NCBI GenBank assembly: GCA_014360685.1
Contig: JACIXB010000016.1
Span: 253,586 to 317,585 of the forward strand
Origin: Actinomycetota bacterium
GTDB taxonomy: Bacteria; Actinomycetota; Geothermincolia; Geothermincolales; RBG-13-55-18
DNA: 64,000 nt
Reading direction: 5' to 3'
A program made the translations under genes and the position numbers. Numbering within the stretch: position 1 is the first letter of the stretch; the number at the start of each line of letters is the position of its first letter. Below, one piece after another: positions 1-9,302 of this stretch. The notes beneath the pieces were generated by a model. The model was not told where the DNA came from, ran no database searches, and was given only the letters and a program-made list of their open reading frames with translations.

Positions 1-27
1 GAGACCAAACCCCACCCCTTATGGCAG

Positions 28-1425
28 GTGCGCTACGCCGCCATACGCAACAAGGCCCTGCTGGTGCCGGAATACGGCGCCATGTACGTGGCCGCCTTCC
101 TCAAGGGACAGGGTTGGGATCTGCGGGTCCTCAACCTGGTGGCCGACGTCTTCCGGGAGGAATCCTGGTTCCGGGAACGGGAGGACGGGCTTCCGGACGA
201 GGCCCTCTCCACGGCCCCCGTGGGCGGAGAAGAGGCCCTGGCGCTCATGAGGAAAAACCTGGAAGATTCCCTGCGGGACCTCCAGCCCCGGGTGGTCCTC
301 TTTCCCATCTCCATCTACTACATCGCCCGGCACGCCCGGGAGATGTTGCGGCGCATAAGGGAGATGCTGCCGGACTCCAGGCTGGTGACCGGCGGCATCT
401 ACGCCACCATGCATCCCCGGGAGATCATGGAGGACGGGGCCGCCGATTTCGTGGTGCGCGGCGAGGGGGAGTGGACCGCCCTGGAGCTCCTGGAGAGCCT
501 GCGGCGCGGGGAGAGGGATTTCTCGCACATCGACGGACTCACCTGGAGGGACACGGGCGGCAACGTCATCCACAACCGGGAGCGGCGGAGGGAGAAGGAC
601 CTGGACCGGTTTCCCCACATCTACACCGTGGCCGAGGAGTTCCGCATCGCCGACCGCCACCGGCTGCTGAAGCGCCTGAACCCCTTAGACGACTACATCC
701 CCGGGGCCGGGTTCCTCACCTCGCGGGGGTGCCCGGAGGAGTGCACCTTCTGCCTGGACCCCGCGTTGTGGAAGAGAAAGACGCGTTTCCATTCCCCCGC
801 TTACGTCAGGGAGGTGCTCGATTTCTGCTGGGAACGTTTCACCGAGGGGGATCGGTCTTTCTACTTCGGGGACGCCACCTTCGCCCTCAACCGCCCGCGT
901 TTATGGAAATTACTGGAAACCGTTCGACGGGTTCCCTATGCCTACCACATCCAGACCCGCGCCGATTCCCTGACCCCGGAAGTCCTGCGGGGGCTCAGGG
1001 AGAGCAACTTCCGCACCGTGGCCCTGGGGGCTGAATCCTTCGACGACCGCGTCCTGCGCGAGGTGGTGAAAAAGCGCACCACCAGGGAGGAGATACTCAG
1101 CGCCGCCCGCGCCGCACGCGACCACGGCCTTTCTCCCATCCTCACCTTCATCGCCGGGCTTCCGGGCGAGACGCGGGAAAGCATGGAACGCACCGTGGAC
1201 ATCCTGCGCCGGGAGGGTATCCGCGAGGCCACCTTCTTCCCCCTGGTGGTCTTCCGGGGAACCGCGCTCTACGAGCTTTTCGTGCGCACCTTCCCCGATG
1301 AGGAGAGGGAAGCCATGCGCCTCAACCCCTGGTCGGAGGAGTTCTGCTTCGCCAGCGAGGAGTTCCCCACCATGCAGGAGCTCATCGACTTCACGGAAAA
1401 GCTGAACCAGGCCATCCGCGCTTGA
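28..1425 (+). CDS. B12-binding-domain radical SAM protein (class B cobalamin-dependent rSAM); reading frame is open back to position 1, so the true start may lie upstream of the window
   Basis: CxxxCxxC radical SAM motif TSRGCPEECTFC; N-terminal region ALLVPEYGAMYVAAFLKGQGWDLRVLNL resembles the B12-binding Rossmann domain of rSAM methyltransferase/BchE-like enzymes; high GC3. Confidence 0.7.
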   Translation: MRYAAIRNKALLVPEYGAMYVAAFLKGQGWDLRVLNLVADVFREESWFREREDGLPDEALSTAPVGGEEALALMRKNLEDSLRDLQPRVVLFPISIYYIARHAREMLRRIREMLPDSRLVTGGIYATMHPREIMEDGAADFVVRGEGEWTALELLESLRRGERDFSHIDGLTWRDTGGNVIHNRERRREKDLDRFPHIYTVAEEFRIADRHRLLKRLNPLDDYIPGAGFLTSRGCPEECTFCLDPALWKRKTRFHSPAYVREVLDFCWERFTEGDRSFYFGDATFALNRPRLWKLLETVRRVPYAYHIQTRADSLTPEVLRGLRESNFRTVALGAESFDDRVLREVVKKRTTREEILSAARAARDHGLSPILTFIAGLPGETRESMERTVDILRREGIREATFFPLVVFRGTALYELFVRTFPDEEREAMRLNPWSEEFCFASEEFPTMQELIDFTEKLNQAIRA

Positions 1426-1428
1426 ACG

Positions 1429-1444
1429 CCGGCCGGCGGGCCGG
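1429..1444 (+). terminator. Weak GC hairpin (CCGGCC-GGCG-GGCCGG) immediately after the rSAM stop; T-tract poor
   Basis: Inverted repeat read directly 4 nt after the TGA at 1423-1425. Confidence 0.2.
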
Positions 1445-1879
1445 GTTATCTCCCCCCTCGGTCCACGCGAAAAGGGTTTCTTCTTGCGGCGTGCATCCGA
1501 AGTACATTATCTACCAAGGGGCTTTCCTCCTCGGGAACCTGTCCGGGAAAGAGGACGGCAACACCGTTCCGCCCGCGGGCGAACCCGCCGGGATTTGAAC
1601 GTGCGGGAAGCGCGTAACTCGCCCTTCCCCCGCGACGCAGACCTTTCCGCATTGCGACCCCGTCTTTCAGCGGGTAGGTCGGAAAGGGGGGCTCGAGGCG
1701 CCGACCGGACCCCGGCAAGGTTTCCCCTCCTGCATCGCTGAAGATTTGCCGCCCGTGCCGGGGCGGATTATCATGGGAATGGAGGCCGCATCCGGCCGGG
1801 GAGCTTGGAAACTCTTGACGGCGCGTGGGCCGGGCGCTGCGGTTCGCGGATCCGTGATCGAGTTTGGACTGGAGGCGGG

Positions 1880-2953
1880 ATGATCGCCAAGGAGCTGAGG
1901 ACCTTCGCCCGCACAAGGGTACTTCCCAGCGTGGAGAGGAGATCGGGTCGAGCGCTGGACAGGAAGATATGGAAAAAATTGGCCGACATTGGCATACTCG
2001 GGGCCCCCATCGAGCGCCGCTACGGGGGCGAGGGATGGGGGGTGGAGGAGTTCGTGGAGGGAGTGGCCATCCTGGCCTCCGAGGGGTACGACCTCGGCCT
2101 GGCCCTCAGCGTTCTGGACCACGTGATGTTGTGCTCCTACCCCTTGCAGGTTTTCGCCTCGGAAGACCTCAAAAAGCGTTACCTCCCCCTTTTGTGCCGG
2201 GGTGAGCTGGTGGGCGCCGCGGCGGTCTCCGAGCCGGGATCGGATGCCGACCCCTCGCGAATGCGGGCCAGGGCGGAACGCCGGGAAGGAGGATACGTCA
2301 TCAGCGGAGAGAAAGGCCCGGTGACCAACGCTCCCTCGGCGGGCGCCTTCCTGGTCGTCGCCTCCACTGACCCTGCGGCGGGGAAAAAGGGCCTTTCCGC
2401 GTTCCTGGTGGAGAAAAGCGACGGGGTGAAGGTGGAGGAGATGGAGCTGGGATTTATTGCCACCTCCCCCCACGGCAGGGTCATCCTGGACGGGGTATGG
2501 GTTCCCGGGGAGCGGCTGGTGGGCGAGGAGGGACAGGGGCACGAACGTGTATCCAGGTCCCTCTTCCTCTGGGAGAGGACGGCCGCCATCCCGGTGATCG
2601 TGGCCTACCTCGAACGCTGGCACCACATGCTGGTGTCCCCGCTGGACCCCGCTGCCGTTCCGCCCGACGTGCGTGCCGCGTTGGCCCAGAGGAAGGTGGA
2701 GCTCACCGCCTACCGGGTCCTCGGAAGGCGCCTCCTGGAGCTCACCTTCGGCGAAGAGGAGAACGGCAGAGAGCGCCTGGAATTGCTGCTCTTCTTCGGG
2801 AAGGAGCTCCCCGAATGGGTGGAGTCCACGCGCCTTCTGTTGGAGGAAGCCCGCATCTCCCTGGAAGGCGACGCCGCCCGTATGCTCGAAGACCTGCGCC
2901 TGCTGGAAGTGGGCAAGTCCCTTCTTGATTGGCGGTTGCAGAACCTCATCTAG
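1880..2953 (+). CDS. Acyl-CoA dehydrogenase family protein
   Basis: ACAD-like motifs (GAPIERRYGGEGWG, SEPGSDADPS, VISGEKGPVTNAPSAGAFLVVAS); RBS GGAGGCGGG before ATG at 1880 (the six-frame track ORF starts at 1805). Confidence 0.7.
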   Translation: MIAKELRTFARTRVLPSVERRSGRALDRKIWKKLADIGILGAPIERRYGGEGWGVEEFVEGVAILASEGYDLGLALSVLDHVMLCSYPLQVFASEDLKKRYLPLLCRGELVGAAAVSEPGSDADPSRMRARAERREGGYVISGEKGPVTNAPSAGAFLVVASTDPAAGKKGLSAFLVEKSDGVKVEEMELGFIATSPHGRVILDGVWVPGERLVGEEGQGHERVSRSLFLWERTAAIPVIVAYLERWHHMLVSPLDPAAVPPDVRAALAQRKVELTAYRVLGRRLLELTFGEEENGRERLELLLFFGKELPEWVESTRLLLEEARISLEGDAARMLEDLRLLEVGKSLLDWRLQNLI

Positions 2954-3144
2954 ACGGCACCCCGGTCCTCACCCGCTCGCGGGGCTTCGGGCGGGAAGAG
3001 GCGCCCGAACCCCGGCCCCGACCTTAATGCGGGTCAATGCGCCCGCGGGGTGGTGTACTATGATAAAAGTTGGAGGCGGGAATCGGCGGGTGGAGGTGCC
3101 CGGCGCCTTCAGGCGTCGTTGAGCCGAGCCGGGAGGTGAGCAAG

Positions 3145-5544
3145 GTGAGGGAGAGCGAGGTGGTGACCCCGGACCGCATCTGGCGGCCCTCGGACAATCT
3201 TTCCCCGCGGGTGAGAAGACTGCGGGAGGAATATTATTCCATCGAGAAACGACCCTATTTCCGCAACGAGGTATTGCCCTTCACCACGGGGAAGGAGTGG
3301 GACGAGGTGTGGTCCCCGGTGAACTGGGGCATCATCCCTGAAATGGTGCCCTTCATGGGGGACTTCGCGGAATCCCTTAAGGTCCTGGCCCGCAGGGTGG
3401 ACCTCCCGGAGGGGTTCTGGGACAAGCCCTTAATACTCCGCCGGGCCCTTTTCTTCCGCGAGGTCTGCCGCCGCCACCTTCCGGTGAACATCCTGGATGG
3501 CGAGCTCGTGGTGGGGGGACAATTTAACACCGCCCTCTCCAAGTGCCACAACCGCAGGGAGGCCAGGCGCTGGAGGAAGGCCGTGGACCGGTGGTGGAAG
3601 CGGTGCGCGGAGATAAACGAGCTGGGCATCGGCAATACCGGCGCCGTCCCCGGCCACCTCATCCCCGACTACCCGCGGGTGCTGCGCGAGGGCTTGCGCG
3701 GGATATGCGAGGACCTCTCCCGACGCAGGGAGGCCTCCGGCGACCCCGCCTACCGGGATTTCCTGGAGGCGCTGATCGTAGCCTGTGAGGGAGCGCGGGA
3801 CCTGGCCCGGCGCTACGCGGAGGAGGCGGAGCGCCTGGCCGGAGAGGAGGGAGATCCGGTCCGGGCGGCGGAGCTGCGGGAGATAGCCCGCATCTGCCGC
3901 AAGGTCCCCTGGGAGCCGGCGGAGACCTTCCACGAGGCGGTGCAGTCCATTTGGTTCGCTCACATGCTGGTCATGGCCGCGGAATCCTACCCGGGGGCCG
4001 GTCTCTCCCACGGGCGCTTCGACCAGTACATGTACCCCTATTACAGGAAAGACCTGGAAGAGGGGCGGCTCACCAGGGAGCGAGCCAAGGAGATCCTGCA
4101 GTGCTACTGGGTAAAGCACAACTACGCCTACGACTTCCAGTGCCGGGTGCTCAGCAACCAGGGCATCAACTCCGGCTTCGGGCAGCTCATGACCTTGGGG
4201 GGCATCGACGCCCGGGGTGACGACGCCTCCAACGAGCTCACCTGGCTGATCCTGGAAGTGATCGAGGAGATGAACATGCTGGAGCCCAAGCCCAATATAC
4301 GACTGCACGCCAAGACCCCCGAGGCCCTCCTGCGGCGGGTGGCGGAGATGATCGCCCGGGCCCAAGGCTCCCCCTTCCTCATGAACTTCGACGAGAACTC
4401 CATGCGCGGCCTGGAGTGGCAGGGCCTGCCGAAGGAGCGTCTTTGGGATTATGCTCCCGTGGGCTGCCTGGAGAACACCCTGCAGGGTGACGACCGCTCG
4501 GGGACCGTGGACGTCAACGTCAACCTGGCCAAGGCGGTGGAGATGGTCTTCTTCCGCGGACGGGACGCGGCCACCGGGAAGCGCATCGGCCCGGACACCG
4601 GTCCCGTGGAAAAGTTTTCCACCTGGGAGGAGTTCCGCCGCGCCTTCGAGGTCCAACTCCAGGCCCTCCTGGACTACGTCCTGGACATCAGCGACGAGGC
4701 GGACCGTATCCGGGCGGAGTATGAGCCCACCCCCTACCTCTCCGCCCTGGTCGGGGGGTGCGCGGAGAAGGGAAGGGACATCACCCAGGGAGGGGCGCGC
4801 CATAACTACATCACCGTGGAGGGGGTGGCCTTCGCCACCACCGCCGATTCCCTAGCCGCGGTGAAGAAGCTGGTCTTCGAGGAGCGCAAGGTGGGTATCG
4901 GGGAGCTGAAGAGGGCCCTGGAGGACGACTTCGAGGGAAACGAGGCCCTGCGCCAGACCCTCCTGAACAAGGCCCCCAAGTACGGGAACGACGACGACTA
5001 CGCCGATGAGGTGGCCCGCTGGCTCTCCCGCACCTGGACGGAGGCGGTCTTCAGGCGCACCTCCCCGGCCACCGGGAGAAGGTACCGCGGGGGTTACCTC
5101 TCCTGGAACTACTGGATATCCTTCGCTCCCTCCACCGCCGCCACCCCCGACGGGAGGAAGCGGGGAACCTACCTCTCCAACGCCATCGGGCCGGTGGACG
5201 GGGCGGACCGCAACGGGCCCACGGCGGTGACCCTCTCCGTGGGCAAGCTGGGGCTGGAGACGGCTCCCAACGGGGCTTCCCACACCATCAGCTTCAGCCC
5301 CTCCCTGCTGCGGGACGCCGAACACATCGAGAAGCTCATGGCCTTCCTCCGCGCCTACGGGGAGAAGGGGGGGACGGCCCTGCAGGTCAACGTCATCGAC
5401 CCGGACACCCTGCGCGAGGCGCAGCGCCGTCCCGAGGAGTACCGTAACCTGCTGGTGAGGGTCACCGGCTACAACGCCTACTTCGTCATGCTGGGGAAGG
5501 AGATACAGGATGAGATCATCGCCCGGGAATCCCACCGCCTCTGA
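3145..5544 (+). CDS. Glycyl radical enzyme (pyruvate formate-lyase superfamily, eliminase/decarboxylase-type with GCLE active-site loop)
   Basis: C-terminal glycine-radical motif RVTGYNAYFVMLG; catalytic Cys loop PVGCLENT with a conserved Glu two residues after the Cys; about 800 aa; GTG start after GGGAGG RBS (track ORF starts at 3070). Confidence 0.85.
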   Translation: MRESEVVTPDRIWRPSDNLSPRVRRLREEYYSIEKRPYFRNEVLPFTTGKEWDEVWSPVNWGIIPEMVPFMGDFAESLKVLARRVDLPEGFWDKPLILRRALFFREVCRRHLPVNILDGELVVGGQFNTALSKCHNRREARRWRKAVDRWWKRCAEINELGIGNTGAVPGHLIPDYPRVLREGLRGICEDLSRRREASGDPAYRDFLEALIVACEGARDLARRYAEEAERLAGEEGDPVRAAELREIARICRKVPWEPAETFHEAVQSIWFAHMLVMAAESYPGAGLSHGRFDQYMYPYYRKDLEEGRLTRERAKEILQCYWVKHNYAYDFQCRVLSNQGINSGFGQLMTLGGIDARGDDASNELTWLILEVIEEMNMLEPKPNIRLHAKTPEALLRRVAEMIARAQGSPFLMNFDENSMRGLEWQGLPKERLWDYAPVGCLENTLQGDDRSGTVDVNVNLAKAVEMVFFRGRDAATGKRIGPDTGPVEKFSTWEEFRRAFEVQLQALLDYVLDISDEADRIRAEYEPTPYLSALVGGCAEKGRDITQGGARHNYITVEGVAFATTADSLAAVKKLVFEERKVGIGELKRALEDDFEGNEALRQTLLNKAPKYGNDDDYADEVARWLSRTWTEAVFRRTSPATGRRYRGGYLSWNYWISFAPSTAATPDGRKRGTYLSNAIGPVDGADRNGPTAVTLSVGKLGLETAPNGASHTISFSPSLLRDAEHIEKLMAFLRAYGEKGGTALQVNVIDPDTLREAQRRPEEYRNLLVRVTGYNAYFVMLGKEIQDEIIARESHRL

Positions 5545-6490
5545 GCCCGCCGGGATCACCGGCGTGGTCTTCAACGTGCAGCGCTATTCCACGGAGGACG
5601 GACCGGGCATCCGCACCACCGTCTTCCTCAAGGGATGCCCCATGCGCTGCCCCTGGTGCCACAACCCGGAGGGCCTGGACCGGCGGCCCCAGCTGGTGTG
5701 GTACGAGGTGCGCTGCATCGGCGCCCGCGACTGCCTGAAAGCCTGTCCCCACGGGGCCCTGACCCTCACCCCGGAGGGCATGGTCATCGACCGGGAGAGA
5801 TGCGACGCCTGCGGCCGGTGCGAGGAGGCCTGCCCGGCCGCCGCCCTGGAGGTCATCGGTAAGGTGAGGACGGTGGAAGAGGTGGCCGCCGAGGTCCTGC
5901 GGGACCGCGTCTTCTACGAGAAATCGGGAGGAGGGGTGACCCTTTCCGGGGGCGAGCCCTCCCTGCAGGTGGAGTTCTCCCGGGCCTTGATGGAGAAGCT
6001 CAAGACGGAGGGCATCCACCTGGCCCTGGACACCTGCGGGGGAGTGGCCTGGGACAGGCTGAAGCCCCTGGTGGGCCTGGCCGACCTGGTCCTCTACGAC
6101 CTCAAGGTGATGCACCCGGAAGTCCATCGGGAATGGACCGGCGTTCCCCTGGACCTGGTCCTGGAAAACGCCCGCCGCATCGCGGCGGAGGGCAAGCCCA
6201 TGTGGGTGCGCACCCCGGTCATCCCCGGCTACACGGACGGCGAGGAGAACATCCGGCTCATCGCCCGCTTCATCCGGGAGGAGCTTCCCACCGTGGAGAG
6301 GTACGACCTTCTAGCCTTCAACAACACCTGCGACGCCAAATACCGCCGGCTGGACCTCATCTTTCCCCTGGCCGGGCGGGGACTCATCGCCGAGGAGAAG
6401 ATGGAGAGGCTGGCGGAGGTGGCCGGGGAGGAGGGGCTTACCGTGGCCCGTTGGTCGGGGGCCACGGCGCGGAACGGAGGAACCAAGTAG
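5510..6490 (+). CDS. Glycyl-radical enzyme activating enzyme (radical SAM, with two extra ferredoxin-like 4Fe-4S motifs)
   Basis: CPMRCPWCHNPE radical SAM motif near the N-terminus; additional CIGARDCLKACP and CDACGRCEEACP clusters, typical of activases for non-PFL GREs; overlaps the GRE 3' end. Confidence 0.85.
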   Translation: MRSSPGNPTASEPAGITGVVFNVQRYSTEDGPGIRTTVFLKGCPMRCPWCHNPEGLDRRPQLVWYEVRCIGARDCLKACPHGALTLTPEGMVIDRERCDACGRCEEACPAAALEVIGKVRTVEEVAAEVLRDRVFYEKSGGGVTLSGGEPSLQVEFSRALMEKLKTEGIHLALDTCGGVAWDRLKPLVGLADLVLYDLKVMHPEVHREWTGVPLDLVLENARRIAAEGKPMWVRTPVIPGYTDGEENIRLIARFIREELPTVERYDLLAFNNTCDAKYRRLDLIFPLAGRGLIAEEKMERLAEVAGEEGLTVARWSGATARNGGTK

Positions 6491-6620
6491 GGTGGGCCGA
6501 GGCTTGAATCGTCGTCCGGCGGGGTTTCCGCTACCGAGGAAGCCATCCCTCTGGACCTTCGGGATGGGGAGACGGTGACCGTTCGGGAGGCGCAAGGGAG
6601 AAGGAAAGGGGTGGGCCGAG

Positions 6621-7424
6621 ATGGAGCTCTCGCCCGAGGCGCGCGAACTTTTCGCCGAGGAGATGGCGGCCAAGTTCCTGGCCACCGTGGACCCGGAGGG
6701 ACGTCCCAACGTGGCCCTCATCGTCACCCTGCAACCCCCTCCGGACGGGCGCAAGGACCGCCTCATCTTCGGGGAATTCCTCATGTGGAGGAGCAAGGAA
6801 TACCTGGCGAACAACCCCCGGGTGGGCATGGCCTGCGTGGACACCAAGCTTAAAATGGTCACCCTCACCGGGGATTTCCGGGGGTTCGAGCGCACCGGTC
6901 CCTACAAGGAGGCCATCGATTCCTCGCCCCTCATGCGCTACAACGCCTATTCCGGAGTGAGGTCGGCGGGGGTCATCGACGTGCGGGAACAGGACCCGGT
7001 GCGCCGGGCTTCCTTCCTTTCCATACCCCTGGACCTGGTCCGCTTGATGGCGGCCCGCCGGGACGGGCTGCCGGGGGGCGTGGAGATGCCCCGGCTGGTG
7101 AGGGAGAAGTTCACCATGCTCACCTCCATCAAGGCCCTGGCGGTGGTGGGGGAGGACGGGTATCCCCGGGCGATACCGGTGCTCCCGGTGGTGGAGAAGG
7201 GGAGCGGGCTCCTGCTCTTCAGGGCGGCGGCCTACAACCGGGAGCTCGCGGAGGTGCGCACCCCCTGTCCGGCGGCCATGGCCCTGGTGACCATGGATGC
7301 CAAGTCCTACAAGGTGAAAGGGGAGCTACTGTCTGCGGGGAGGGGCCGCTATGCCCTCCGCGTGGAGGAGGTATATAACGCCATGCCGCCCCGCGTGGGG
7401 GAGCGGATCGTCCCTCCCGAGTAG
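6621..7424 (+). CDS. Hypothetical flavoprotein with two tandem pyridoxamine-5-phosphate-oxidase-like (FMN-binding split-barrel) domains
   Basis: Both halves begin with PNPOx-like signatures (FLATVDPEGRPNVALIV and ALAVVGEDGYPRAIPVLPV); same strand and 130 nt downstream of the activase. Confidence 0.4.
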   Translation: MELSPEARELFAEEMAAKFLATVDPEGRPNVALIVTLQPPPDGRKDRLIFGEFLMWRSKEYLANNPRVGMACVDTKLKMVTLTGDFRGFERTGPYKEAIDSSPLMRYNAYSGVRSAGVIDVREQDPVRRASFLSIPLDLVRLMAARRDGLPGGVEMPRLVREKFTMLTSIKALAVVGEDGYPRAIPVLPVVEKGSGLLLFRAAAYNRELAEVRTPCPAAMALVTMDAKSYKVKGELLSAGRGRYALRVEEVYNAMPPRVGERIVPPE

Positions 7425-7703
7425 GGGCCTTCCTGCGGGGAAAACGGAATTAAGCGTTCCGGCTCACCGAGACCTTCGACCCTTCCGGCGGTTAAAACCG
7501 GATAAACGTCCCCCCGGCCTAGGCCCTCGCCGCGGCCGAACCCCGGCTCGCGGGAGAAGGCCCTCCACGGCGTTTACTTCTCCCGAGCGATTCCGGAATA
7601 CCTTCCCGCCCGCCTTCCGGGAGCCTTCCCGGGCGAGAGGGGTGGGTGCAGGAGGGATCGTGCCCCACCCCGGCGAGCGGTCCCCGGGGATGTCGCGCCG
7701 TGT

Positions 7704-8810
7704 TCAGTAGACGCCCAGGCGGGCGAAGCCGGGGAGGTTGAAGGGAGCGCGGAAGCGGCTGAAGTACAGGGCGGCGAGCTTCTTCATCCTCGAGGGGCCC
7801 ACCAGGCTCATCTGCCATTCCAGCCAGTTGACGTGGGGCCGGATGCGATACCAGACCCGGTTTTTAAAAATGTACCCGCGCCGGTAGCCGCGGTTGAAAC
7901 GGTCGAACTCCTCCAAGGCCCTGGAACGGTCGTAGACGGCCATGGCCGCCACCTTGCCGGTTACCAGGGCTCCCAGGATGCCGAACCAGAAGAAGGGGTC
8001 CATGGCCCCGCTCATGGTCCCGCACAGGATGAGCCCGTGGTGGAAAAGCCGGGGGTTGTCCGGGCTGGCCACGGGCACCGCCCCGGAGACGTAGGTCCAG
8101 TTATCGTGTTCCACCCCCTCGTGGCGGACCATGAAATCCCGGTACTTGTTCAGGGCCTTGCGGTCGATGTGCCGGTTGGAGAAGAGGAGGTCGAAGTAGT
8201 AGTTGTTGCAGGAACTGAGGTAACCGTATTCCGAGATCACCTCGTCCACCCAGATCCAGGAGAGGTTACTGAAGCCGATCTCCCCGCGGGAGATCCAACC
8301 GTACCAGCGCAGGTAGGGGATGCCCAGCATCTCGTAGACGCTGGGAGTGAGCCCGCAGGCTATGATGGTGTTCTCGGGGAGCCTGGAAAGGTCTTCCTTT
8401 CGGAGGGGGGAGTTGAAGCGGAACTCCACCCCCAGCTTGCGGGCCTCGGCGAATAGAAGGGTATCCAGGCTTGTGGGCCGGTTGCCCCTCTCCACGGTGT
8501 ACATATCCAGGACCTCCAGGGGCGGGTGGAATACCGCCTCGTGGAAGTAGAAGGGGCAGCGCCTCAGGGGATGGAACACCGGCGAGAGGTCGATCCCTAT
8601 GTATTCCGAGGTTCGTTCCACGTCTATGGAGGTGGTATGGGTGGAGGGATTGTACACGCTGTCCCCGCCGTAGCCCGCCTCGCGATCGTGGACCGTCACC
8701 CGGTACCCGTGCCGCGCCAGGTCGATGGCGGCCACCAGTCCGGACATGCCGGCGCCGTAGATGGTGACTTCGGATGCCGCGGTCAAATCTCGACCCCCCT
8801 TTCCTTCCAC
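7704..8810 (-). CDS. FAD-dependent oxidoreductase (geranylgeranyl-reductase/FixC-like family)
   Basis: N-terminal dinucleotide-binding fold VTIYGAGMSGLVAAIDLARHGYRVTVHD; about 368 aa. Confidence 0.6.
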   Translation of the reverse strand: MEGKGGRDLTAASEVTIYGAGMSGLVAAIDLARHGYRVTVHDREAGYGGDSVYNPSTHTTSIDVERTSEYIGIDLSPVFHPLRRCPFYFHEAVFHPPLEVLDMYTVERGNRPTSLDTLLFAEARKLGVEFRFNSPLRKEDLSRLPENTIIACGLTPSVYEMLGIPYLRWYGWISRGEIGFSNLSWIWVDEVISEYGYLSSCNNYYFDLLFSNRHIDRKALNKYRDFMVRHEGVEHDNWTYVSGAVPVASPDNPRLFHHGLILCGTMSGAMDPFFWFGILGALVTGKVAAMAVYDRSRALEEFDRFNRGYRRGYIFKNRVWYRIRPHVNWLEWQMSLVGPSRMKKLAALYFSRFRAPFNLPGFARLGVY

Positions 8811-9302
8811 CCTCCCGAACGGACACGCCGGGATTATCTTATCATCGAACGGACGATCGTGCCGCGATTATATGGGAATCGGGAGGGGGGACAGGGGACG
8901 AGGGGGCCGGCGTCGGGGTTTGAATGGCCCCTTGCCCGGACACCTTACCGGGAGAATTGGTCGGCGGGCAAGTCATGAGGAAGGCATGCGGGAGAGGCCG
9001 CTGCGTGGCGCGTTCAAGCACCATAAGGCGGCGAGCTCGTCTCTTTTGCGGCGTGAAGACATGGGACGAATCCACAGTTACCGCGGGGAGGAGGGGTTAC
9101 ACCTGGCGTGCAGGATCCCTCGGGGGAGGTGCAAGGCGGATCTTCCCCGCGGGTGGGAAGGTGGTGGGCGATGGCGAATCGCGGCCTTCCGGAAGGGGAC
9201 GGGGAGGACATGGAGCACCGCCTTCCCGGCGCAAATGGGTGCTTCGGGCCCACCGGGGATCTCCCGGCCCGGAAGCGTTGAGGCTCAACCCGCCCCCGGG
9301 GG

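Noticed and set aside
1500-1700. GGGATTTGAACG string upstream of the ACAD gene reminiscent of a tRNA T-loop
   Set aside because: The flanking sequence does not pair into a T-stem or acceptor stem. Only a simple hairpin (GGGAAG...CTTCCC) is present.
3430-4803. Long antisense ORFs (for example 3430-4803 minus 457 aa, 43488-45425 minus 645 aa, 44843-47662 minus 939 aa, 49821-52046 minus 741 aa, 26381-29134 plus 917 aa)
   Set aside because: All lie opposite well-supported genes and are rich in Gly/Pro/Arg/His/Asp runs, typical of stop-codon-poor antisense frames in high-GC DNA. Not reported as CDS.
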